DNA of 64,000 bases from Octopus sinensis (Eukaryota): positions 31,372,001-31,436,000 of the forward strand of contig NC_043012.1 of the NCBI RefSeq assembly GCF_006345805.1. The letters run 5' to 3'. Every line of letters begins with the position of its first letter. Position 1 is the first letter of the stretch. Position numbers and translations under genes: made by a program. Below the pieces are notes generated by a model. The model ran no database searches, was not told where the DNA came from, and saw only the letters and a program-made list of their open reading frames with translations. Below are positions 52,446 through 64,000 of the stretch, piece by piece.

Positions 52446-55400
52446 GCAAACTGAAATTAATTGCGATACCAACCATATCTTAGGGGAGGGAATTACTTTC
52501 TTTTAAGGGAGATGAATTAATATTATTTATTTTACAAAGTTATAAATATATGAATATAAATTCGTATAAAGTTGGTTATGCCTTCATGAATTAAAATCTA
52601 TCTATTTAGCTATCTATCTATCTATCCATCTATTTATCTATCCATCCATCCATCCATCTATCCATCTATCACCGAACGATGTATACATCAGCAAAAAAAA
52701 AAAAAAAAAAAAAAAGAAACCTCTGAAAAGCTGGTTATCTTAGATTGGAGTCTTCTGTTGTTAGTTTTACTCGATGTTACACAGACACTTCCTTGTTACC
52801 TTGATCGTAGAAACTGCAGAGAACGAGAAAAGAACGTCTTGGACAATTATAACCAACAAGGTTATTGTTCAATGTCTGTAACCAACGCGGCTATTGTTCA
52901 GAAACTGTGATATGAAATAGGTAAATAAATAAATGGTTGAAAGTTTGAAAGTATTTGCAATGTTGATAAATATTTTATTGATGTCATTGAAATGCCATCA
53001 AGACAAATAAGATTATGGATATTGGCAATTTTTAGGTGTTGGGTTAGAAAGAGAGAGAGAGAGAGAGAGAGAGAAGCGAGTTAGAGAAATAATTTTTCTA
53101 TAATATAAGAGAAGTAATGTCAACTGCGACAGAGCACGAAGGAAAATAATGAGCGCAAAGGATATATAATAAAATTAAAGTATTAATAAATCATTAGGAT
53201 TAAAAGACCGCCAAATGGTGGCTTAATGGCAAATTTATGAAACCCCTTAACACATTCAAGGTAGCAACCGCATTGGATGGATTTGTAATAAATGGTAAAG
53301 CAAAATAATACAAATAGTAATAAATATTAGATATTTCCCGAATACTTGGTTGTCAACCATACCAGTCATACAATAGTAATTTGGTCTCAGGAAATTCAAA
53401 TGTACAATATTATAACGTTTACACACTGTTAAATGAAATATTAAGCAGAATAATTTATGACTCAAAGTCGACCGTCAAGAGATGTGAAATTAAATTGGAA
53501 TGAACTCTCTCTGGAGAATTTCTTAATGATGTATCACTATCAAGAATATATAAAGGTAGTTGTTAAAATCCCCACAAAAGCAACACGTACCTGCAATTTC
53601 ACAGAGAAAAATGTTATTAATCAAATTCCTACATATAAAAATGTTTTAAAGGAAAACGCAGAGTGGTAGTAATAACAGCAAGCAGTTGTAATAACACCAA
53701 ATCAGTTAACTATTTCCTGGAAAGAAATCAATAGCAAATAACTTGGCACACCGAATGAAATGGCTATAAATAAATTACACTGTCACTGAAAAGCAACATT
53801 AAAAAATGTATATCATATTCTTGCTGTGTATCCAACAGAATATTTTCTCTTCAAAATATTTTGAGATGTATGATAATCAGGTTTGAAATGATGCTGTCCA
53901 TTTAAAGACAATGAAAACGTCTATCGAATGTTATATAAAGGATTCATAACTAAAATACAGCAGCCTTAACATAATTTTACGTATAATCGTAACAGCATTA
54001 CTAGTTCAGTCTTGATGATACTGATAGACTATAATAAGGGACAGAAAGGGTTAGAAAGGATAGGGGAAGTAAAAGAAATGTGTTCATCAGTTCAGTTGTA
54101 ATCGAAATTGCTAGAAAGAATTTGGTTACAGAAAAAGAAAAACTGTTCTCAATAAATATTGACAATTACTGTAAATACAAGCCAGGAAGTAATACAGAAG
54201 AAAAATTCTCTTTTAGTGAAAATAGCAAAAGAACTAGTTACAGGTTAGGTGTTAAAGAACCCATTTACCTGTAAAGCCGGGTACCACGAAGGGTGAAATT
54301 CGAGAACGATTTCATTGAATTCCAATCTGAATCTCTAAAGTAAACAGATATCCATTTTCCTTGCATGAAATTTGTAAGAGATTGCCTGCAAGAAATATTG
54401 AAACTGTGTTAAAATATTACTCCTTGGAAGATAAAGTGTTTCTTCATCTGATAACTTTGAAATATGTGAATTTGTTTATGTGCATGAGATGTGTGTATGG
54501 GTTTATGTGATACATTTGTGTGTATATGTCGTATATGCGCATGCGTTTATTTCATCTATCTGTATCTGCTTATATAATACATATGCATGTTTATGGAAAG
54601 TATATGCGTGGGGATTATTATAGAACTTAGGTTAATCGACAATAAGCATGTTTTAGAGTTCATTATTTGAATTTTTATGAGCAGAAAGAGCTATTAATCA
54701 GTGATAAATCATGAAGGAATGAGTCCAGTGGGATCCACCCTTATTGGTCACACATAAGTCAGAAATTAAATTGAATACTGCAAATCACTGGAGGACTCAT
54801 CAATTTTTCAATGCTGTCTTTGAACTAACCGCATGTTGCAACAATTAAGAATGGAATTAATTGGTCATAGATACAGTTAAACATTGGCGGTAGTGTCCGA
54901 ACCAACAACCGATGAACTTGAGTTTAATAGTCTGGATTAAAAAGAGAAGATATTTATTGTCATCCAATGTATTCGAGGTTGTAGAATTTTAACAGAGAAA
55001 ATAAATAAGAAAAAGAAGGCAACATGTCTTTTGTTTTCTTTTAAGAAAATTATTTATGAAAATTAAACACGAAATCAAAATATGGCAGTTGTAATATATT
55101 GTTAGCTTTATGACACAATGGATGCATGGAGGCGTGCGTAGAATTAGCAATAACAACAACAGAAATAAAAAGAAAAAGAAAATATCAAAAACAGCTACAA
55201 CAAATTCCATAGTCAGAAGCATAGCAACAACAATAATTACAGCCAGCGGCGTCGGGTGTTTTGTCATTGGAATAAACAGAACCAAACATTTGCAAGACTA
55301 ATACTGTTTTCCAGATAAAATGTGTACAGCTGGTTTGCAGTTTAATGTAGTAAACAGCAGAGACACTGTAACTAACAAGCATTTGCTGTGCGGAGTTAAA

Positions 55401-58389
55401 TGTCTGCCATTGGCAAGCTCTTTGCAAGAAAGAGAGGTTTAATCCGGCTCACAAAACTCCAGTCAAACGTTAATGGGATCTAAGTTTGGTGGTTTACTCA
55501 CGGAATACTGCAACAATTATAATATAATAATGACAAGAAGAAGAAAATGGCAACTGCAAGTAGAAGAACAAAATAAGATGATGGAAATAGAGAAAACTTG
55601 AAATATACGTAGCGCTTTTATATGATAATATGCCAATTCAGATTTTGATAAGGCACAGTTATCCAGGTAAAGTGTTAAAGATCGATTTCCATTATCTCTC
55701 TTCTCAAACAAACACAAGGAATACTGAATTAAAATTTGTTTATTTCAAGCCAATTTGAAAATTGCAAATACTCGCTTTCCAGTATGGAATAATCTATTTT
55801 TCTCAAATTTGGACGTCAACATTTCATAATGTATTCAAAATGGCCTAACTTAATTAGGTAACACTGAATCAAATAAAAAAAATTCCTTTAATTCTCTTCA
55901 GATATTAACTGTTCAAAATATTGTTCATTGTTGGGTAACCTGCGCATAGAAAACTAAGTTTATTTACATTAATATTTCCACGTATTACACTCTCTGGACC
56001 AGCTGTCGCCAATAAGCTGCGTTAGAGCGTTCGAAGTTTTCGGTGTGTGAATGCTGTCTAACATTTACTTGTGGATCAGAATTTCCTTTTAGGCCGTCCA
56101 TCGCAGGGTTCATTGACAGCACTCCCTCTAACCAAAATTCTATAAACTCTGATGTACTTCCGTTTATATTATTTTCTACTTAGGTCACACCACCCAGCCT
56201 TGTGTGTACATACATCAAGGCGTAATGTAAATATTTCCTGGAAGAGAATACAGTGACCTCAAAATCATCTTCTGAGAGGAACATAACAAACTAGTCTCCA
56301 GCAAATTCACGAAGAAGCAATTGCGGGACTTAATCAAGGAAACATTCCTTAAATTTCGTTTTTGTATTTGGTTTGCAAGATTCATGTGAATTCGTGTGTT
56401 GAAGGATATTCTATCGTATTCTTTTTAGAGCCTCATTACTTAACACATTCAACGAACCGGTGAGTGTGTTAAGTAAAAAGGCACTAAAAGAGAATGACTC
56501 TCTCCAGACACAATAGGGTCCATTAGTTGTTAAGTTTTAAAATGTCTAATGATCTACCAAGATAACTTTTATATAACAAAAAGAGTGCTTAAAAATAGGT
56601 TTTCAAGAAATGAAAACTTACTCTGGAATGTAGTTTGGACAGTTAATGGAAAAATTGAATAATTGTCTGGAATATATATCTGTGAGCAGAAGGGGTGGAG
56701 GAGAGTAAATGGTAGTTGCATCTTCTATGTATTGTATATGTTTCATAAGTAATAGCGGATATGTTTGATTCAGAGAGATATATTTTAATTTATATTTCAT
56801 TAATATAGTGTAATCATTGAAAATGTCAAGTTCAACTTTTGTAAGCAAAGAGAGAAAATAGTTACATGCTGTGGGTCCTGTAATGCCACGGTTTGATAGG
56901 TTTTTGAACATACACAATTATAATGGAAATGACGTCAAATTGCAACAACAAAAGACCAAACAATTTATTGTTATTTCAAGGATTTCAGTTTGAAAATTTC
57001 CATTCAAAGTAATCGCTCGTTCAACCCTATGCTGCTTACGTCAGAGAGAAGTTATATAGTAAATGACAGTTTTATATATAGATACAGATTTAATTGTTCT
57101 GTAACTTCTCTATTGAAAATTTTCTGTTGCGTTATACATACAGGGTCAACGTTTCAAATAGAAGAACGTGGTCAATAGAATCAACCTTAGTATTTTAATA
57201 GTATTTAATTTATTCTACTTGAAAGACAAAGACAGAAAAATAAAGTCAATCTCGGCAAGATTTTGAAGAGTCGGTATTTATCATAGAAAAGAGTTATCAA
57301 TCGTACAGTCCTGTTTCCTACTCTCATTCTACCCTGTTGAAGTTGCATAACTACAAATGGAGAAGTATGGCTATAATAATGGAATACGCTTCTAGCCACC
57401 TGAAATTTTGGATAATTTGTTAAGAGTATATACTTTTTGGAAGAATAACTTTTCTCAATTTTCATCTGGCTATTGCTTTTGATACCTCCAGGTCAGATCC
57501 TCTTGATTAGAAGTATGACCAAAGACATTCCAAATGTTTCTCTGACTAAGTTTTTCAGATTCAATCGGTTTAGATTTCGTTGTTGTTTCGAGGCGATCGG
57601 GTGGCTGCATAAAGACTGCTCTGTTAACTAGATATTCGTAAGGTTTCCTTACAAAATTCTAAATTTCAGAGTAAGAGATTTGAGTTATAGAAAAATAGTC
57701 AATATTCTGCGATTATGGCCATAACTACTTATATCCCAATTGTTCAGGTTAACATAATACAAACGTCTGTAGAAGGGAGTTTGGTTCAAATCTTTTGTTC
57801 GTACCAAGTTGAGATCATTAATAGTGACTGTCCTTCTTAATGAGTTCTGGGACTCATATTCGGTAATCCTGTATTTCATTTTTCTACTGGAAGTAACGCA
57901 CATCAGTTTTGATTCTGCTTTTAAGTAATTTGGTTCCTTTGCACAGCAAACACATAACGAAAAAGGGCTGAAAATCTCGATATTCCCTTATTTTTCTTAA
58001 ATTAAGGTATTCCCTTAATTTTATAAAGCCATCCATTGCTTATGACGGACAACAGTAACCAGTTAATATGCAGCAGAGATGAAGAAAGAAAAGCATGCAT
58101 TGAAGAAATGTTGCAACAAAATTGTAGTTAAATGCTTTGAATTTCTCTTATAACATTCATTTCTATGAAACCGACAGGAATTCTACAATATACACTTCTT
58201 TCAGTACTGAAGATATGGTCGAATTTTCGTTATTATTGTATCTCTATATTTTTCTCTACTAAATATAACTGTTTCGTCTTGAATGGGCTGCAGTAAAGAC
58301 GCTTTTGTTACCTGACAGTGATCCGGAGCACTTATAAAAAAAGTATTTTAATAATTCAAAATTGAAATCTATTCACACGCACATGCGCA

Positions 58390-58410
58390 AGTGCACACAA
58401 GCACATGCAC

Positions 58411-58502
<92 letters not shown>

Positions 58503-58614
58503 GTCTATCCATCCATCTACCCATCTACCTACCTATCTATCTATCTCTCTATCTCTCTATCTATCCCTCTATCTATCTATCTATCTATCCATCCATCCAT
58601 CCATCCATTCATCA

Positions 58615-58653
<39 letters not shown>

Positions 58654-58666
58654 CATCCATTCATCA

Positions 58667-58705
<39 letters not shown>

Positions 58706-58742
58706 CATCCATTCATCAATCTATCTATCTATCTATCTATAT
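58390..58742. repeat. (TATC)n/(CATC)n microsatellite
   Basis: Directly visible. Confidence 0.95.
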
Positions 58743-59761
58743 TTGATTGATGTAATAAATAAATGCTTTGTGTGATATATACAAAATTCCTCTATTCTGT
58801 TCTGTTACATTCGCATAGATATTGTTGCCAAAACCCTAATTAATTCTGAATCATTTATTGTGTTCTTTCAGTATAGAATACTTCAATCTTAGAGGAGTTG
58901 TGATGCATATTGTGGGGTGAATGTGCAGCTACACACATGTGCCCGCACACACACACAGACACACTCATACACACTCATACACACACACACATACACTCCA
59001 CTCATGTACATGATAAATGCATCATTGTGTTACGAATGCCTGTGTAAGTTCGTTCAAGAAATCCATTATCAACATGCGTTACGAATTTTCGTCAAGCCAG
59101 AATAGTTTGTAGGAAACTGACAATCAATGGATGTGTTGAATATTTGAAGTTTTCGTTTAATTGTTTGAATTGGTTATACTATATATAGGTTGACTAGTTA
59201 TAATCTAATATGTTATACACGCAGCTAGTTTTAACAAGATTTTCTATATTAATTGATTTTCGTATCGGTTTATGTCATCTTTCTAAACCCCTTCGACACA
59301 CACGTTGCCACGAAGGCGTCTGCCACGCATAATGTTCACACTCGTTTAATGTAATGGCGTTCCATACTGCTGCCACATTATTATTATTTCTATCATTATA
59401 CTTATTTCCTATTTATTTATGTGTGTATATATGTGTTATGAATAGCGCCAGGTGCGTATATATAAACTTGTATATGATTGCGTTTTGGCATATATGACAG
59501 AATGCGTTATGTAATCAGATGCTCAGTCCAGAGTCGTCCGTTGTACTACACCTATTTCAAAACGGAATAAACTACATGATTATGTACATAATATGCATAA
59601 ATATATGATTATCCGATTAACCAGCAGGTTAATATCTATTAAACCAGGGTTTTAAGTGACTGGTTAAGTGATACAAGAAGTTATTTATAAACAACATCAT
59701 TATTTCGCTTAAAAGAATGATGTATTCTGAAGAAGTACGAAACATGCTGAGTTCCATCCAT

Positions 59762-60073
59762 TGTTGTTTGTTTGTTTCTTCTCGAACCACTCCTGGCTCA
59801 TAAGGGCCGGTTTCCCAGTTTCTTTGGCGTATAGTTACCCCATCTGGACGGGACGCCGGTCCGTCACAGGTGAGCTGCAAGATGCAGGAGTAAAGAGTGA
59901 AAGAAAGTTGTGGCGAAAGAGTCAGCAGATGTTCGCCATTACTTTCTGCCGGAGCCGCGTGGAGCTTAGGTGTTTCGCTCATAAACACACACATCGCCCG
60001 GTTTGAGATTCGAACCCGCAATCCCTCGACTGCGAGTCCGCTGCTCTAACCACGAGGCCATATGCCTCCACTA
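59762..60073 (-). mobile_element. Family D SINE with ~12-bp TSD
   Basis: AGTTCCATCCAT at 59750-59761 and 60074-60085. Confidence 0.9.
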
Positions 60074-60074
60074 A

Positions 60075-60540
60075 GTTCCATCCATCCATCTTCTCCACCA
60101 ACTATTCCTGGGAAGGGCGGTGGGGTACAGTCTTCGGGTACTTCATGCGTAGGGTCCTAACAGAAGGAACCGTCATTACATTTTCCGTTTTGGATTTCCA
60201 AGCATGATCAATTAAGGTTATGGATAGTAACCAACCGTCTCGTTCTTGGCTAATCTTTTGGTCTCCTGCCGGTTGGCTCGGTTTTAAGAATCCGTTTATC
60301 GATTCTTTCCTAAGACATTCTATTCAGAAGTTTGTAGTACTGAAGCTTTGGCCTGTCAATGCGGCGATATTGTGGCTCGATCTGGAGAGACTCTCTGATC
60401 TCCGAGCTATGCCTCCCTGTCGAGTAACATTACTCCAGAAATCCTTCGGAAGCATTCTCTTGTACTCGCAATTGTACTTTTTCGTTCATTATCCAACATT
60501 CATAACCATAGGTGTGGATAGGCACGAAAACGTACGAAGT
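60075..60540 (-). mobile_element. 3' end of an RTE-clade LINE with (GATG)n tail
   Basis: CFRRISGVMLLDR..SSEIRESLQIEP...RMS*ERIDKRILKTEPTGRRPK..PRTR, then PPP and a GATGGATGGA tail. Confidence 0.85.
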
Positions 60541-61384
60541 TAATTATTCAAATTATTATCTTCCTCTTCAATTTCTGAAATGTAAAATTGAGATCAGTGT
60601 TTTGTTGCGTAATGAGAGCTCAAGTCGCTCTTGTCTTATCTTATACATCACAGCAATATACTAGATATCAAACTAACAATAGTTCGTCAATATCTGGTGT
60701 ATTACAACATCTTGTGTAAGGGGCCAGATATCTAGTAAATAAAAAGACGCGATACCTACGATTCAAATAACTTAGACAATAATTTTTTTCAACTGTATTA
60801 GATGTGAGGCTAAAAAGTAGCGAAATATTGATGGGTTACCAAGGAAGTCGCTACGTCTAGTAAATACACACACCATTCAAATTATACCCTACTGCCTTAA
60901 AAAAGAATGAGACGCATTAGATAACATTGTCCTAGAGGTACACTGTATATCGGATGAAATGTAGGCGGAATGGCCATAGCTGGAATACTTTTGGTCATTC
61001 ACCACCTTCTTTAGAAATCATCTAGGACTGAACAACATCCACCAATGATTGAGTTAACGAAAAAAGCTCTAAGTTTGCTGAACAATTTACTAGAAATTGC
61101 AGTCAAATCACTCAGTCTCTGATAAAATTCTCAACTGTCCTCATGGATGGCTCTGATGATAGATCTATTCGATTAGAGATGATGGTAGGCTAGAAATATC
61201 AACATAAATGACCTGACATTGAAAAAAATAAAAACATTTGTTCATATTTTCTTAATTTGCCCAATCTCTAAGCTATAAATTTAGCCATATATTTAACTGT
61301 AAACTTGAAGCAAATTTAGGCAAATATGCATATGTGTGTATGCATATATGTATGCACGTATCGGGTATATCATTAAACTGTGTC

Positions 61385-61530
61385 CAGTGGAAGGGCTCAA
61401 ATTCAGGAGTTCAGGAGTTGTGACGAGTGTGGAGTCACTCCTTAATCACTATTACTCCCAAGTCTGTTCTGATTCGGAACGGTAACAACTGTCAAGGTCC
61501 CATCTATGCGTTAAACAGATTCCCCTGGAG
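61385..61530 (+). mobile_element. Remnant of another short interspersed repeat
   Basis: GTGTGGAGT..CTCCTT..TCACTATTACTCCCA.GT...GGTCCCATCTATG resembles a common octopus interspersed repeat (recalled pattern; single copy here). Confidence 0.4.
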
Positions 61531-61979
61531 TAGAGCAGGCTTCCGTTACTTTGGACAAAGCTATACGGAAGGCAGCTCTGACGTAAAACTTGGAGCCAAA
61601 ATAGTACCAGTAATCATGCAACGCTTGTCATTGCAATCTACTACGGCAAGCGAGAGAATGGTAAAAGTGTTCTATTTGCTTTTGTTATTTAAATTCAATA
61701 ACATGCAGATGTATCTCCTTTCATTTCTCTATTAATTTGTAATTTGTAAAGTCCTATGCGACGTGTAAAGTCATATCCGCCCACATGCAGGGATGCAAGT
61801 AAATCAGAACAGTCTGTTTAAGCAGTTAAAGAATGAGTGTTGAGAATTAGCAGATATTGAATTAATTATAAGTATAATATCTATCAGTGATGAAGTAAGA
61901 TACTGGTATTTTATATCTATGAACAGTAAGAAACGTTAACTGACAGGAGTATGGAATATAGAATAAATAATATGGGAAA

Positions 61980-62480
<501 letters not shown>

Positions 62481-62481
62481 A

Positions 62482-63703
62482 GACGTGACAGAAATAAATA
62501 GGCACCCTATAAAGCATTTTTATATGTTTATTCAAACATGTAAAGGCTTATATTTTTTATTAGTTGACATTTTCATGTCTCAGATTCTATATGTGACTAT
62601 TTAATCATGCCATGTAGAAAAGAAACCTTAGAACTGTCTGAATTTCAAAGAGGCCGTATTATGGGTCATTCTGAAGATGGGTATTGTCAGCATAAAATCG
62701 CAGAAATCTTGGATTCACACTTTCTACAGTTAATAGAATGGTTGTGAAATTCACCAGGGAGGGAAGGAGTCCACATCACCTCGCCCAATTCAACCAGGGC
62801 CCTCTGACAAGACCCATCTCTTTGTTAAGAGAAATATGGAGGACAGTCCTTATTGACATAGCAGAACAAGTTGACATCAGTTTCAGAACAGCTGTGAGGT
62901 ATCTCCACAAACTTGGTTACTTTGGCAAAGCAGTAAGAAGAAAGCTACTTCTTCGACCAGCCAACATCAGAAAAGATTGGGCCAGTGAAATGGTGGAAAG
63001 GCCTCTAACATTTCCGGACACTCTCACATTCTCTGATGAGACCAGATTTGCTGTATTTCCTGACAGTAGTCGAGTGTGTGTCTGGAGACTCTGTGATCAA
63101 GAATTTGATTGCAGCCAACAATAAAACACGGCACGGCAGCTATTCGGTGAGGGTGCGGAGAACGATTTGGAGCAATGATTGATCACAGCTGGTGGAGTGT
63201 GAGAAAAACATAAACTCAGATAAATATGTATCCATATTGCAAAAGGGACTCCTTCCAATCTTCTCCAGTGGGGAAATGATAAAAGAAGACTTTTTATTTA
63301 TGGAAGACGGGGCTCCTTGTCACATGGCTAAAATGGCCCAAGGTTTGTTGGATGAGAATGGCATTAAAAACCTTACATAGCCAAGCCTGTCATCAGATAT
63401 GAACCCTATTGAACACCTCTGGGACATAAAGGACAGGACACTTCATAAAAAGAACAAGAAGGCATCTTCAAAGCCAGATCTTTTGAGATTACTGCATGAA
63501 ACTTGGCAAGAAATTCTGCAAGAGAATATCCGTCATCAGATCAGTAACATACCCGATAGGGTCCTTGCATTGAAAAATGCAATGGGATTGTCTACTAAAT
63601 ATCAAATATTCACATAATGACAATTAATAAATACTTTGAATGTGTAATTTCAGATTTAAATACATTTTCATGATTATTAGTGTGTCTATACTTCTGTCAT
63701 GTG
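62482..63703 (+). mobile_element. Near full-length decayed Tc1-family transposon (transposase 62607-63617, frameshifted)
   Basis: N-terminus LSEFQRGRIMG; DDE motifs FSDETRF, FMEDGAPCH and PSLSSDMNPIEHLW; degenerate TIRs GACGTGACAGAAATA / TATACTTCTGTCATGTG. Confidence 0.88.
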
Positions 63704-63704
63704 T

Positions 63705-64000
63705 GTGTGTGTGTGGCTGTGTAGTAAGTAGCTTGCTAACCAACCACATGGTTCCGGGTTCAGTCCCACTGCGTGGCATCTTGGGCAAGTGTCTTCTGCT
63801 ATAGCCCCGGGCCGACCAATGCCTTGTGAGTGGATTTGGTAGACGGAAACTGAAAGAAGCCTGTCGTATATATGTATATGTGTGTATTTGTATGTGTGTG
63901 TGTGTTTGTGTGTCTGTGTTTGTCCCCCTAGCATTGCTTGACAACCAATGCTGGTGTGTTTACATCTCATCACTTAGCGGTTCAGCAAAAAAGACCGATA
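63705..64000 (+). mobile_element. Family B CORE-type SINE, truncated by the window end
   Basis: GGCTGTGTAGTAAGTAGCTTGC...GGTTCAGTCCCACTGCGTGGCATCTTGGGCAAGTG. Confidence 0.9.

Noticed and set aside
55290-55442. CTAGLQFN, resembling a chitin-binding type 2 motif
   Set aside because: The following conserved cysteine is missing and there is an in-frame stop just upstream.
55500-55505. Possible 6-nt minus-strand microexon (TTGCAG|TATTCC|GTGAGT)
   Set aside because: Such a motif pair is likely by chance, and no host gene is established.

Overview
AT-rich, repeat-dominated eukaryotic DNA. The SINE families and the dense (TA)n/(TATC)n/(CA)n arrays are characteristic of an octopus (coleoid cephalopod) genome; this is an inference from repeat content. 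No intact recognisable protein-coding gene, rRNA, true tRNA or CRISPR array is visible. Most ORFs in the supplied track are microsatellite or antisense artefacts. Supportable content: about 30 tRNA-headed SINE copies in four main families (several with clear target-site duplications); decayed Tigger/pogo, Tc1, mariner and probable hAT transposases; L1/Tx1, CR1-group and RTE LINE fragments; Penelope-like elements; and several MITEs. Two phase-compatible candidate exons of an unidentified + strand gene lie at about 25.7 and 28.5 kb. The most notable observations are (i) two internally unrelated MITEs sharing GGGATCT termini and 6-bp TSDs, (ii) a consistently non-canonical minimal hammerhead-like motif in four Penelope termini, and (iii) head-less tandem arrays of a ~184-bp SINE body. 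None is a demonstrated new system, and all coordinates were read by eye (element edges approximate).
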